Assembly (NCBI GenBank): GCA_964016885.1
Contig: OZ024740.1
Coordinates: forward strand, 273,296,001 to 273,360,000
Reading direction: 5' to 3'
From: Eledone cirrhosa
Lineage: Eukaryota
DNA: 64,000 nt
Made by a program: the position numbers and the translations under genes
Part shown: positions 17,555-32,702 of the stretch, piece after piece
Position numbering within the stretch: position 1 is the first letter of the stretch
Layout of the letters: every line of letters begins with the position of its first letter
Notes under the pieces: model-generated
Seen by the model: only the letters and a program-made list of their open reading frames with translations
The model's database searches: none
Told to the model about the DNA's origin: nothing

Positions 17555-18323
17555 GTATATTTATTGATAATAACAACAATTCAAAATATCAGTTCAAAAT
17601 TGACCAATGAAAACACAAAGGGTTAAAAAGCAGTTTGGTGTGTGTATATACATGTAAAACCCTACACACATTTTACAATAATGTGTGTATAATATGTATG
17701 TGCATACTAAAAAGATGGATGCAAATAAAAAATTTTCAAGGTTAATATCTCTGTAAGCTTAATGCGCTGATAAGAAACGCAATGATACTTATGTAGTCAA
17801 GCATATAAATATATTTTTTTCATACTCACACATATCAGTATAATCACACATACATGTGCGTATATATATAAATATACACATAACCACGAACACACAAACA
17901 CACACACACCCCCCACTCACATTTATATATGTGGATATAAAATCATAAGCAAATAGAAATTAAGTCACTCACATAAACACACTGGTACACACATTTCAAG
18001 ATCAAGATACAGAAATTAGGTGGGAGGGGGGGGGAGGGGTCAGTATTAGGTTGTCAGACAGACAGCCTAATATAAATGTATCTATAAATTATGAAAAATA
18101 AAAAAATAAAAACAATAAAATATATTACATATAATATAATGTACATACGCATACAGATATACATACACATACGTACATGTACGCGCACATAGAGATATCT
18201 ACACATACATACATACACACATACCTATACTGTCATACACACACATACATTTACACGAACATACACATACACATATAAAAAGATAAAAATACGGACACAC
18301 ACACGCGCAACACATACACACAT

Positions 18324-18378
<55 letters not shown>

Positions 18379-18489
18379 TATACACACACACACATAGACT
18401 CATATATATATACATACACATACATATACTTATACATAAACATATATATCCCACACTCATACCACCATGAAAACACATACAAACATCCA

Positions 18490-18537
<48 letters not shown>

Positions 18538-18634
18538 AACATACACACACGTACACATATATGCATATATACATACATATATACACACATACACATATAT
18601 ATATATATACACACACACATAAAATACAGACATG

Positions 18635-18665
<31 letters not shown>

Positions 18666-18761
18666 TTCATTACCCTTATATATACACATAGTATATATAC
18701 ATACACAACCTCACTTATACACATATACACATAAGTTATATTACAAAAATAATAAAGAATA

Positions 18762-18792
<31 letters not shown>

Positions 18793-18930
18793 TATACACA
18801 CATATACACAATACATACATACACATACATATACATACATACATACACATACATACATACACCTAAATATAAACATATATAAATACACACATACGAATAA
18901 AGACATATATTCACACATAGACACCTATAT

Positions 18931-18976
<46 letters not shown>

Positions 18977-19064
18977 ATATACACACACATACACATACAT
19001 ACACATATATATATATATACACATATATACACACGCACACACATACAGACACACATACACACTC

Positions 19065-19102
<38 letters not shown>

Positions 19103-19860
19103 GAGTGTGCGCAAATACATACATATATATACACACACACATACAAACACACACAAACACATACATATGCATACATGCACACACACACACATATATCACA
19201 TAGATACGAAGATAAACATATAAATAGAGAGACATACAAATATATACAGAACCCATATACACATACATGCAAACACGCATATACATATATACATATATAC
19301 ACACATATATATTCCTATATACAAGCATACACATACGCACACATATATACATATACCTACACATATATATACCACACATTCACATACACGTACATATATA
19401 ATACATATATATACATACATATACATACATATGTATGTACAATCATATATACACACTCAATCTTACATTCATATTTACATGCTCATATATGTATTTTTAT
19501 ATCTAGAAATAAATACCAAAAAAACTATATAGACACCCATCTACCCAAATTCATACATATACACTTACAAAAACAGATGATAATAGTATGGGGGAAAGGG
19601 GGGGGTTTGGAGAAGGGGATCAAAGTAAATATATGTTTCAAGAAACCTATAATATTTTCCATATCTTAATTCAATGTATGTTCTTACATATTTTCAATGC
19701 TATATACATACATATGTATATATATTTATATATATATATATATATATTCATACATACATATGTATATATGTGTATATATATATATATATATACACACACA
19801 TATATATATATATACATATATACATGCATATGTATGTATGAACATATATATGTATTTATA

Positions 19861-19954
<94 letters not shown>

Positions 19955-19956
<2 letters not shown>

Positions 19957-20546
19957 GGTGGCTGCCAACTCGTTTTCGAGTACGGCCACTACTTTATATC
20001 CATGCAGGACCACCCCTACCGATGCGTTGAACGAGTGCGACTTTTTAGTCCAGCCACCGGCTTCAAAACTCTGGTACAAACACTACACTTGTGACAATTA
20101 TTGAAACATAGTGCTGGGCCCACGACAAGTGCAGAGAGATCTCCAGATATAAAGCAATGCCTGTGCCGTGAAGCTTTTATAGTGAGCAAAGGCACTGCAC
20201 AAATCCAGTCCCACTCTCTTAACCAAGATGATATTTACCAAAAAGAAGAAGTCAACATCATTGGATACCACCAGGGTTGCAGGTGTTATATCAGAGTTTT
20301 CCTTCTCCTAGAATTCTGCCTTGACAAAGGCTAAGGAGTCATCTCTGCCAGTGATTTTGGATGGCCATTGACTCTTAAGAGCTCCTTTGACATTTGACAG
20401 GTTTTGTTTTTAGTCCTGCAGGATGTCCAAAGTCACCCTCCTCACCAAGAAACCTTGGTCGGGTTGCCAGTTTAGTCGCCAACGACCCGACCATGAGACA
20501 GGTTGTACTGGGATACATGTTACCAGTAGCACCAACTGGTGACCTG

Positions 20547-20548
<2 letters not shown>
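19955..20548 (-). mobile_element. About 600-bp non-coding element (putative non-autonomous RTE derivative), copy A
   Basis: Closely similar inverted copy at 28290-28897; microsatellite flanks; the 3' end shares a stem-loop and tail motif with the RTE LINE ending at 60960. Confidence 0.8.
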
Positions 20549-20587
<39 letters not shown>

Positions 20588-20774
20588 CATAACTATATAT
20601 TCACACATATATATATATATATACATACACACACACGTATATCTATATCTATATATATATATATATATATATAAAATATTAAACAAATAATGAATAAAAC
20701 AATGAAACAGTTCCTTATATTAAACAAAAAAAGTTCATTATTTAACGATCGTTTCTAGGATATATATGTGTTAG

Positions 20775-20844
<70 letters not shown>

Positions 20845-21793
20845 GGAGGTAGAACACTGGAAGGTAATATCCGTAGTGGTAGAGCACTGAGTCTATGGGA
20901 CGAGTTAGGTAGAAGTTTAACACCACATTTAGTTCACCATACCGAGAACAATTGTTTCACCTTAGCGGATACTCAGCTCGTAATGGTCATGGTTATACGG
21001 AACAGGAAGGACAACCGTATGAACACGCATGCGCAGAAACGGTCACTTAACCCAGGCAATACAAAACTGCGTGCGAGATAACTGCGTGGAGATAACTGCG
21101 AAAGTTCGACAGGTTCTCGTTGATAAGAAAATTCGAACGTTGTTGTTCAATCCGGAGCTTTGTAGTTATGTAAGAGGTGTTTCTAAATATGTGGACAACG
21201 TGTGAAGAATTCATGTCTTGAGTTTAGGCAATCGCTATTGAGTAATCTCTTTAGAATATTCTAAAGAGTTTACGCAAAGGTTTGGTGCCCTTAAAATATA
21301 TATAATAAAATAAATATGGTTTTATAAAGATAGTTTCCATTTATTAATATTATTGAATATACTGTAGAGTGCTTCGAATTTTTTATAAATAAATTTGTTG
21401 AATAACCAATAAATTATATAACTGTTTGCTTATATATGTAAATATATATAAATGTATGTGGTTTTGTGTGTATGTGTGTGTTTGTGTGTATGTGTGTGTG
21501 TGTGTGTGTGTTTGTGCGTATGTGTGTGTGTGTATGTGTGTGTACGAAATTGGAATGTTATCAACTGAAGGTTCCTTAAACCCATATGAAGGGACTTTTA
21601 TGTCCCGAAATATTGGACAGATACAAAACAACACAAAGATAATCAAGAAACTTCTACTTTTCGTTACTTTATCTTACGGTCCATTTTGCATTAATCAGCC
21701 TTCTATCTCTTTCAACGTTATATATATATATATATATAATGTATATGTGTATATATATATATATATAATGCATATGTATATATATATATAATC

Positions 21794-21852
<59 letters not shown>

Positions 21853-22031
21853 AAGTATAAAAAAAAGAAAAATCAGTGAAGCATCTAGACTCAGTCTATT
21901 GCGTGTAGTCGTGGATTACAGAATCAGGCTAGATCAATACACATGGCACCTTGAGCTGATCAGTGGCGAAACGCGCGTCACCAACCAATAAACGTAACAA
22001 AGGAGGCACCATTCGTCCTTATTTTGTTTTG

Positions 22032-22129
<98 letters not shown>

Positions 22130-22244
22130 TAATTTAAATAACAGATTAAAGTTGAAGCAAAGAATCGGTGCTTTGGGTTTTAGTCTTCAAATTTATTATT
22201 ATTACTATTATTATTATTTATATATATATATATATGTATTATAC

Positions 22245-22301
<57 letters not shown>

Positions 22302-22760
22302 CGTTTCTGAATTTGTTTAGCAAGATTCTTTATCTGAAATCGTATGTTGAAACCGATATTGTTATACTTTGGGAGGGTCATGTTGCCAATAAGAAACACA
22401 CGCACCAGTTGCTTTCACTTCAATTTATTATAATAAATTTATAATAAATTTATAAATTTATAAATTTATAAATTTCTGGTTGGTTGGTTGGTTCCATGAC
22501 AAAGGCCTACTACCACACCAATGAATTAGTAGTGGAGTTGGCAGGTTTGCTCAACTAATAAATAATTTGGAGATAAATATAGAAAATTTAGTATATCTAC
22601 CAACATATGCGTACAGATGTACACTAATGCTAGCAAATACATAGGTTATGTCATAGTACCTAGGTGGTTCAATGCAGGAGGATGCAGAACAATAATATGA
22701 AAGACGTAAAATAAGAAAATAAAAAAAAAAATTTAAATTAACTTACTTACTAAAATTTTC

Positions 22761-22842
22761 ACTCCAACTAATTAGTTTCTGTAATGGGATAAAGATAGTT
22801 ACGTAATATAACCATCGAGAATTCATTACGTCATCAGGGAGT
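22761..22842 (-). ncRNA. Type I hammerhead ribozyme motif
   Basis: ACUCC-CUGAUGA-C-GUAAUG..GAUGGUUA..UAACUAUC..CAUUAC-A-GAAA-CUAAUUAG-UU-GGAGU; perfect helix I; palindromic helix III ACUAAUUAGU; GUU site. Confidence 0.85.
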
Positions 22843-23259
22843 CTATTCTCAGCTAAGTCTCCAGGCAATGCGCGGACACTAGGGACTCATATAAAAATAA
22901 TAATAATTCGGTGGATGGAACAGCTAGCGGGGACTGGATTCCATGCACTGAAAAAGTTCGCTGTCTCTGGTCAAATGGCAGATTCTAAAGAATCAATCAC
23001 GTGACACTGAGGCTAGTCGGAAGGAGTGGGTTGGTAAGATGACAAAGGCCTACTACCACATATATATGTATATATACATACACATGCAGACACACATACA
23101 CATACACACACACACACACATATATACATATATATATATATATATATACGTGGTGAGCCTTGTCACTTTGCTGTTTCACAGGATAATTCAGAATACATAC
23201 AATGGAATAATAAAAGAATTTTCTCATACTTAGCACCCAGGCAATATCGGGTACCCCTG

Positions 23260-23320
<61 letters not shown>

Positions 23321-23597
23321 TTGTGTATATATGTAGAGAAAATTGCAGTATATTTTAACAGTGTCATATTACCGGCCTGGATGTGTGATCGTTAGGTTGG
23401 AGGCATGGGGGGGGGGGGGCTGCTTAGGCTAGTTTTCGGTGAGTTTGTGGTAATTGATCTTCAACCTTCATTTTGCGCCTGCGCCGATCAGTGGAGGTGA
23501 ATTGGGGCTCACAGGGGAACGGCCGAGGCATTCAAGAACACGCGCCTTGTCGTTTCTCTTTGGATTGCCTTGGGAACGTAACCTTATTATATAAGAA

Positions 23598-23665
23598 GCT
23601 GTCTGATGATGTCATGGCACTGGGAAGTGTGTGGTCACTGTAGTCATTGAAATATGTATCACAGC
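23598..23665 (+). ncRNA. Type I hammerhead ribozyme motif
   Basis: GCUGU-CUGAUGA-[39 nt]-GAAA-UAUGUA-UC-ACAGC; perfect 5-bp helix I; AUC site; AATAAA follows; helix II pairing is imperfect. Confidence 0.7.
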
Positions 23666-23750
23666 ATTACTAATAAAGTACTTTAACATCCGAAACTATT
23701 CCCCATTTTCTCATTCTATATATAAGTATATATATTTAATCTACACACAT

Positions 23751-23784
<34 letters not shown>

Positions 23785-24700
23785 TTATATTGATGAAAAG
23801 CATACTGGTATGCGCACATATATAGCCACGCTTATATCATACACACACATCCTCACACAAACACACAGGCAGACTCACTTATATGCATTATTGCCTATAG
23901 CAATATGTGCGAGTATTCATTGCATTAATCCTTCTAATTCTGCTCCACAACATCCAGTATTTCCATTTGTGCAGCAGCTAACACACATGTGTACATATAA
24001 ACATCATACTTAGAAATATATACTTAAACACATACTCATGCACACACTCACATGCACGCATACATGCACGCATACATGCAAGCAAACTTACTTATATAAA
24101 TATCATGATATACACATGGATATTTGTGTATAATACATACAAACAGACTTAGACGCATTCACTTTTGGACGCACACACACACATATATATATATGTATGG
24201 ACACACACACATACACACACCTACATTGACAATACACGAAATACATATACTTATATAATGCATCCTACACACAGTAAATACACACAATCACACACATATT
24301 GCGATCATCAAAATATATACAACTTCAACACGCGGGTACACATATATACACGCAAAAAATACAAACAACACACTCATTCACATAATACAGCTCATGCATA
24401 TCCACATAACAACACCGATGTTAGATGTGGGCGCTCTACTATGACTTCTGCACAAACACGTACACATACATGCCAGACTATTTACACACTTACATGCCTG
24501 CCAACGTCTCAGATTCTGCTAACCTGCCCATCCCTTTACTTTATTCAACCTTTCAACCTGAACTTTCACCTAACGTTACATTTTCCCGATGAAGGACTAA
24601 CGTATGAGATGTTGAGACATTCATTTTCATTTTCCCAAGGGTGTAAAACTAATATGATATTGTCTATTTTAATCTTGAACTGTGTATGTATATATATATA

Positions 24701-24888
24701 TTTGTTTCTACTTTTAGGCACAAGGCCAGCAAATACCCAGTGCATTACTGGTACTTTATTTTATCGACCCCGTAAGGATGAAAGGCAAAGTCAACCTCGG
24801 CGGGATTTGAACTCAGATTGTAAAGGGACGTAACTATGCTGGAAAGCATGGCGTCCGACCCTCTACTGATACTGCCAATCCACCGCCC
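24701..24888 (-). mobile_element. tRNA-derived SINE (octopus OK-like)
   Basis: Minus strand gggcggtggattggcagtatc...gagttcaaatcccgccgaggttgactttgcctttcatcc...ttgtgcctaaaagtagaaac; pol III A/B-box-like motifs; more than 12 copies or fragments in the window. Confidence 0.85.
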
Positions 24889-24981
24889 TATGTATATATA
24901 TATATTATAGTTAAAACAGAAAACTCACAAAAAACAAAAAACAATGCGAAGAGGCAGTACAAAGTGTTAATATATATATAA

Positions 24982-25052
24982 AGTAATAATAATAAATGTG
25001 AAGACTAAAATCCAAAGAGGGCTCGATAAGGATAAATATATATATATATAGG

Positions 25053-25102
<50 letters not shown>

Positions 25103-25108
25103 TATAGG

Positions 25109-25157
<49 letters not shown>

Positions 25158-25228
25158 CCTATATATATATATATTTATCCTTATCGAGCGCTCTTTGGAT
25201 TTTAGTCTTCACATTTATTATTATTACT
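24982..25228. repeat. Inverted repeat around (TA)n
   Basis: agtaataataataaatgtgaagactaaaatccaaagagggctcgataaggataaata and its reverse complement flank (TA)n tracts; a single copy also lies at about 44120-44182. Confidence 0.85.
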
Positions 25229-25732
25229 ATATATATATATATATATATATTAAACTTAAGGCCAAATCCCATTTTTTGGTGAGATACAAGTCAAACCGTC
25301 TAAAAAAAAATCAATTTTAACTTATTCAATATCCCAAACAAGGTTTCTGAAACTCAGCATACAACACCAGGAAATATATATACATGAGTTCATTTTCCAG
25401 TGTCCTTCTCAACAAGGAAGATGAACAAAACTTACCTCAACACTTAATTTATATATGTATATATATAAATGCGCGTGTGTGTGTGTGTCTGTATCTGTCT
25501 GTGTTTGTGTGTATGTGTGTGTTTCAGTCTGTATGCAAAAAAACAAACAGAGATAACATAGAAAACAACACAGTACAATGAAGAAATATGTTATGAGTTT
25601 TATGCTTGATATAGTAGGAAAAGAGAATGAAAGTTTCGAAGGGCAGTCAGGCATAAAATCACTAATTAAAAAAACATTTCTTAGAGAAACAAAACTGGCC
25701 TATTCAAGTCACTAGCTACACGCACACATACG

Positions 25733-25851
<119 letters not shown>

Positions 25852-26269
25852 ATATATATATATTCATAAAGATTGAACGGTAAAAACCTATATATTTTCT
25901 TATATATCAGTCTATCTATTATATCTGTCTATCTATTTATCTACTTGGTTTTATTACTTTATATATTTTCACCAATAGAGAGGGGGGGGGGGGTGTGATA
26001 ACATAAAAAGAAACCTCTTTCATTGGAATTTAGACAACATCATCTATGTATCTATGTAAATACGTATGTATGTCTATATGTGTTTGTGTGCATGCGTGTT
26101 TGTGCAAGTTTTTATGTTATTGCATATGGGCATCTGTATGATTTGAGTTATATGTGTGCACGCGCATATTTTTCTGTAACTATACATATGTATATGCAGT
26201 TAGATGGTAAATTTCGGAAATATTTTATATATCTTTTTTTGCAGTTCCATTAATGGACTGTACTTGCAA

Positions 26270-28235
26270 CTTGCTAATTAGCCATGCCCTTTTTTGGTAC
26301 TGTGAAACCTAGCTTCTCAAAGTTTGGTTTGAGACAGTTAGCAACATATCCAAGAAACCCAATGATGACAGGTGCAAGTCTAAAGGTATAATAGTCCGGG
26401 TGGAATATCTACAGATTGCTCGTTAGTTCAGCATAAATGTTCTCCTTTTCTCTGATCTTTAGCATTATATTGACATCTGACGGGCAGCTGATGTCCACTA
26501 TTGTGCAGGCTCTTTTTTCCCTTTCCCATATTATTATGTCTTGTTTCTTTTATTTGCAGTTTATTGTGGTTTCAACTGGAACATTCCACCAGAATTCTTT
26601 CAAAATCCATGGTCCTACTCAGTCACGAATGACCATGGTTTTGCACCTAGAAGGTTTCCCTCCGAGACACAAGCCTGTGCAAGATTTGTTTTGTGGAAGA
26701 CCAGTAGTCGCCCATTCATACCAGTCTCCTCTCTCCACGCTACCGATGATGTCCAGGTGAAAGGCAATGACCGATACAGCTTGGCACAAGTGACGTCGGA
26801 ACTAATTTCTACAGCTGAGTAAACTGGAGCAACGGGAAATAAAGTGTCTTGCTCAAGGACACAACGCATCACCCGGTCCAAGAATCGAACTCACAACCTC
26901 CCAGCTGAAAGCCCAATGCGCTAACCACTTTGCCATGAGCTTTCAAAATATGTATGCATATATACCAAACCACTGTAATTGTTTATATGTTATTCTCAGG
27001 ACTATCCTTTCTATGGATTGCCTTGTATAGTGATTCGGTCACTACATCATGATTCATAGGTAGATAGTATCTTTGGACATCTGCTTACGATGTGGGTGGC
27101 ATATTTGATGTTATTCCATAGTCAAGACCTTTTGTCACATCTAGGTGTTTTGCCTACATCCCTATCTCTTTGGTAAGTCAGGTATTTCGCTGTTATTTTC
27201 TGTTCTTCGATTGCAAACGCAAAGTCTTCAAATTGAGAGCTAATATACTGACTGTTAGTCCAAAATAGACAAATTTGCGTATCTATATTAGCCTCTCTTT
27301 TACGCTTTCTGGAAACATAGCCATGCACGACTTTGCTGTTAAGTATGCAGCTGTTCATCCAGGGATTCGTTGTTGTACAAGTGTGCAATTTCCCAGGGAG
27401 TATTTTTCAAGGAGTACCATTCAAACCCCTATACAGTTATCTGTTTCATGTTCTGTGACTGTGTTCGTAGATATTGTTGGAGGGATATGATGGAACACTC
27501 CAACACCTCTGCCTCGCAGTTTATGTTTTAAGTAGAAGCAATCTATCTCACTGTTGATGTGGAACTTTCCAGTGCCGGTTACTCGCTCCTTATTCCGAAC
27601 TCCAGCATATGATATCTTTTTATCTATCGTTAAGCAACCTGTAGCGGTCCTCATCAGATATTATGCCATTGATAGAGTTGTTGCTAGATTGGTCTGTAAT
27701 TGTTCCTCGCTTTACAATATTATAGGAATATTTATTCTCGCCATATCCTTCGGGAATGTTAGGAAATAAAGTTTATTTTTCCTACCATTTATATTCATGG
27801 CTTAAGGTTTCAGGCCATGTATGCGTTAGGTTAATGTATTTTTGCTTTTGTGAACCAATTAGACGTTTTCCATGTTTCTTTAGCTTAAAGACAAGAGGTT
27901 TACTAACACTATAGAGAATGTCTCCTACAAATATACTCCTGCGATATTTTATTTTATCAGTGAGTATATAGCCTTCCTTCACTCTAATTAACTTCAGGAT
28001 AGTGTCCCGGGAGTATGATAGGTTATCTATAGCTCTGTTTAAGGCCTCTGGGAATTGAGCAATTCGAATGGCCTCTAGCATCCAAGAGAGGGGAGCAGAA
28101 TCGAATGCTTTCCTATATTTCAGCCAGACGGTAACCAAGTTCCTCCTATATCACCCGACCTCTGTCATTACGGCTTTGTTAATTAGGAGTTGCTCAGCAC
28201 ACCTCCAAACACCTTTGTTCTCAGCTGCTTGTTCA
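26270..28235 (-). mobile_element. Second, older R4/Dong-like LINE, interrupted by a SINE
   Basis: WLKYRKAFDSAP, FAFAIEEQKITAKYL, EFWWNVP, IVDISCP; homologous to 12941-15300. Confidence 0.85.
26607..26939 (-). mobile_element. tRNA-derived SINE with Meta-like body, nested in the LINE
   Basis: tggcaaagtggttagcgc...gagttcgattc head; gtgtccttgagcaagacactttat body; 10-bp TSD ctttcaaaat at 26597-26606/26940-26949. Confidence 0.8.
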
Positions 28236-28289
28236 GCTGATTTCTGTATATGTGTTTATGTATGTATGTATATATGTATGTATGTATGT

Positions 28290-28897
28290 GTCAGGTCCCC
28301 AGTTGGTGCTACTGGTAACATGTATCCCAGTACAACCTGTCTCATGGCCGGGTCGTTGGCGACTAAACTGGCAACCCCACCAAGGTTTCTTGGTGAGGAG
28401 GGTGACTTTGGACATCCTGCAGGATTAAAAGCAAAACCTGTCAAAGGGCAAAGGAGCTCTTAATAGTCAATGGCCATCCAAAATCACCGGGAGAGAGGAC
28501 CCCTTAGCCTTTGTCAAGGCAGAATTCTAGGAGAAGGAAAACTCTGATATAACCCTGCAACCCTGATGGTATCCAATGATGTTGACTTGTTCTTCTTTTT
28601 GGTAAATATCATCTTGGTTAAGAGAGTGGGACTGGCTTTGTGCAGTGCCTTTGCTCACTATAAAAGCTTCACGGCACAGGCATTGCTTTATATCTGGAGA
28701 TCTCTCTGCACTTCTCGTCACATGGTACCATGGGCCCAGCACTATGTGTCAATAATTGTCACAAGTGTAGTGTTTGTACCAGTGCTTTCAATACGCTGGC
28801 TGGACTAAAAAGTCACACTCGTTCAGCGCATCGGTAGGGGTTCTCCTACATGGATATAAAGTAGTGGCCGTACTCGAAAACAAGTTGGCAGCCACCA
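28290..28897 (+). mobile_element. About 600-bp non-coding element, copy B
   Basis: Reverse complement of 19955-20548; (TATG)n on both sides; a diverged partial internal repeat follows at about 28920-29035. Confidence 0.8.
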
Positions 28898-29250
28898 CAT
28901 ATGTATGTATGTATGTTACCTATGATGTTGATCTTTTCTTCTTTTCGGGTTATAGCTACTGTCGCTCAGAGAGTGGGATTGGCTCAGTGCACAGTCTTTC
29001 CTCACTTAAAAAAAAATATTCACGCACAGGCATTACACGATATCATTAATTGATAATTATTAATGATATCGTGTAATAAAATAAAGTACCAGTAATACAC
29101 TGGGTAATTGCTGGCCTTGTGCCAAAAGTAGAAACAATTAATTGATAATTATTAATAATGGTATATCGTGCAATGGCTATACTCGATAACGAGAGGGCAG
29201 CCATCCTGTATATGCACACACACGCACACACACACATATACAGATATAGA

Positions 29251-29329
29251 CAGGGTGTCCCAAGAAATGTATACACACTTCAACAGCATTCTAATAAAAA
29301 TTATGTATATATTTTTGGGGGACACCCTG
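29251..29329. mobile_element. 79-bp Tc1/mariner-type mini-MITE
   Basis: TIRs cagggtgtccc...gggacaccctg with imperfect extension; TA on the right flank. Confidence 0.65.
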
Positions 29330-29766
29330 TATATTCACACAGATGCATGTGTGATTGTGTATATACAAATATACATGTATTTTACGCCACTGGTGAGTGG
29401 GTGTCTATCACTCTGGGAGGCGGGCATCCTTTACCGAGGTGAGAGGATTATACATATACGTATGTGCATGTAATTGTTTGCTTGTGTGTGTGTGTCACCG
29501 TATTTCAGTGTATGACTGTGTGTGTGTGTGTCAGCAATTATCTTTTGTGTTTTCATCGCCGGTCGGCGGCACAATTTTTGTATGTGATATGTGTGTTTGT
29601 GTTTGACTGTTTTTTGCTGCATCTGAAGTAGACTGTATATATGTGTGTTGTATGTATGTTTAGTAGTGAGGATAATATGCGTTTATGAGATTCTAGCTGT
29701 TTGTTTGAACCCCTATACTTGCATCTTCGGACGTGTTTTTGTATTTGCTTGCATGTTCGTGCCTTT

Positions 29767-29899
<133 letters not shown>

Positions 29900-30269
29900 C
29901 ACACACACTGGTGCATACGTACGTTTGTTTTTTTATGGACTAATGTATAGGTTTATCTGTTTTTACATATGTGTGCATCATATTCAGGTGTGTGTGTGTG
30001 TGTTTGTACTATTTTTTTTCTCTCTGTGCATATATATATATATGGGAGTACATGTGAGTGTATGTGCGTGTGAGTGTATGTGCGTGTGAGTGTGTGTATG
30101 AGTGTGTGTGTGTGTTTGTATTATTTTTTCTCTCTGCATATATATGAGAGTATATGTGAGTGTATGTGTGTGTGTGTGTTTGTATTATTTTTTCTTTCTG
30201 CATATATGTGAGAGTATGTGTGAGTGTATGTGTGTGTGAGAGTGTGTGTGTGTGAGTGTGTGTGTATGA

Positions 30270-30312
<43 letters not shown>

Positions 30313-30830
30313 TGTCGTGTGTGTGTGTTTGTAATATTTTTTGTCTCTGCATATAGGTGAGTGTATGTGTGTGAGTGTGTGTTTGAGTGTGTGAGTGTGA
30401 GTATGTGTGTGTGTGTGTGAGTGAGTGTGTGGTGTGTGTGTGTGTGTGTGTGTTTGTAATATTTTTTGTCTGCATAAATATGAGAGTATATGTGAGTGTA
30501 TGTGTGTGAGTGTGTGTGTATGTGTGTGTGTGTGTGTGTGTTTGTACTATTTTTTCTCTCTGCATATATATGACAGTATATGTAAGTGTATGTATGTGTG
30601 TGTGTATGTGTGTGCGTGTGTATTTATGTATGCATGTGTTCGCTTATATGTATTTACTTACCTCTGTTTGCTTTATGTGTGTGTATGTGTAAAAGTGAAT
30701 TGTGTGTCTGCGTGTGTGTACGTCATTATTCCCCTTTCTTCTGTATGTGTAAATGCGATTGTGAATATATGTATATATGTGTGTATGTGAAGATTTGTAT
30801 ACATCAAAACTATTTGGTCTATGTGACTTC

Positions 30831-30935
<105 letters not shown>

Positions 30936-31059
30936 TGTGTGTGTATGTGTGTGAGTGAGTGAGTGTTTATATTATTTTCTGTGTGTGTGTAAGTTTTGTC
31001 ATGAATAAATACATCTCTATGTATGATTTTCTTTGTCTTTCTAATTGTTTGTTCTCTGT

Positions 31060-31105
<46 letters not shown>

Positions 31106-31108
<3 letters not shown>

Positions 31109-31527
31109 AAAAAATATGACCCCCGACGGCAGAGCTCAAGCCGTTTCGACGGCTATTTCTGGAGTCCAGACATACACAATATCATCATTGGCTTATAGAC
31201 CCGTACACACACACCTGCATATAGACACATACACACGCATGCATATAGACACATACACACATACGCATATAGACATATATATATATATATATATACACAT
31301 AGACGCACATACATACTCACACAAACATACACGTGCACACAAACAAGCAGACTCACAGCCCAAACAGGGGCTGTTTTGTCGGTTATTTCTGGAGTCCAGA
31401 AATAGCCGTCCAAACGGCTTGAGCTCTGCTGTCGGAGTCATACTTTTTCCTATTTCCCACTCTACTACCCTAAGTATTGAGTACTCTGGTGAGTTATGGT
31501 CCATCTGGTTCCTTACCACAATTCTTT

Positions 31528-31532
<5 letters not shown>
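31106..31532 (+). mobile_element. Fold-back hairpin element (subfamily B) with a 200-bp insertion in its loop
   Basis: Left arm 31106-31170, right arm plus tail 31381-31532; the insert is the reverse complement of 31960-32162. Confidence 0.85.
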
Positions 31533-31572
<40 letters not shown>

Positions 31573-31577
<5 letters not shown>

Positions 31578-31702
31578 CTGAAGACAGCATATATATGTGT
31601 AGGTATGTATATTCCCTCTGATAGTTTGTAAACATTTTACATAGATCTATATGATATACATACCAACACACACATATATATCCTAGAAACGATCGTAAAA
31701 TG
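31573..31702 (+). ncRNA. Long-helix-II hammerhead motif (same family as 17400-17554)
   Basis: UAUUU-CUGAAGA-CAGCAUAUAUAUGUGUAGGUAUGUAUAU...AUAUACAUACC..ACACAUAUAUAU-CCUA-GAAA-CGAUCG-UA-AAAUG; a truncated third copy lies at about 20660-20772. Confidence 0.65.
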
Positions 31703-32139
31703 ATGATTTTTTTAATATAAGGAACTGTTTCTTTGTTTTTATTCATTATTTTTATTCATTTATATATATATACATATATATACATATATATATGTGTGTG
31801 TGTGTGTGTGTATCCTTGCCTAAGTGTGTGGGAATGTATGCGTATATGTGTAAGTTATTGTGTACATATACAAATACGCACACACGCGTGTACATATGTA
31901 TATATATATATATGTGTGTAATTGCAATAGCTTTTTTAGTGTGTGTGAAATTTGCTGTTCCCCTGTTTCGGCTGTGAGTCTGCTTGTTTGTGTGCACGTG
32001 TATGTTTCTGTGAGTATGTATGAGCGTCTATGTGTGTATATATATATATATATGTCTATATGCATATGTGTTTATGTGTCTATATACATGCGTGTGTATG
32101 TGTCTATATGCAGGTGTGTGTGTGTACGGGTCTATAAGC

Positions 32140-32478
32140 CAATGATGATATTGTGTATGTCTACTTGTGTGTGTGTGTGTGTATGCATATGTGTGTGTGT
32201 ACGGGTCTGTACGTATATGATGGCATTGTGCATGTCTACTTGTGTGTGTATGTATGCATATGTGTGTGTGTGTGTGTGTAGAGGTCTGTACGTATATGAT
32301 GATATTGTGTATGTCTACTTGTGTGTGTGTGTATGCATATGTGTGTGTGTACGGGTCTGTACGTATATGATGATATTGTGTATGTCTACTTGTGTGTGTG
32401 TGTGTATGCATATGTGTGTGTGTACAGATCTGTACGTATATCATGGTATTATGTATGTCTACTTGTGTGTGTGTGTGT
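32140..32478. repeat. Minisatellite, about 72-80-bp unit, about 4.5 copies
   Basis: Repeated atgatattgtgtatgtctacttg(tg)n tatgcata(tg)n tacgggtctgtacgtat. Confidence 0.85.
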
Positions 32479-32702
32479 CATAATTTTCTTCGGTGTCTTA
32501 TCATGTATGAGTATGTATATGTATGCGTGCATTACCTGGCCACTAAATCTTTGGTTTGTATCTTAGCTTTCTATTATTTTCGTCTATGTACGATATATCA
32601 CTACGTATGTCATTGCTTAGCCCCAGGAAAACCCTACTTGTGTGGACATATGATCAAAAGCATTCAAACTGGGACAGCCATATCTTTTTCATATCTGCTG
32701 CC

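Noticed and set aside
21945-21990. Hammerhead candidate GAAACGCGCGTC
   Set aside because: Palindromic helix III and GUC are present, but there is no valid CUGANGA box or helix I; at best a decayed remnant.
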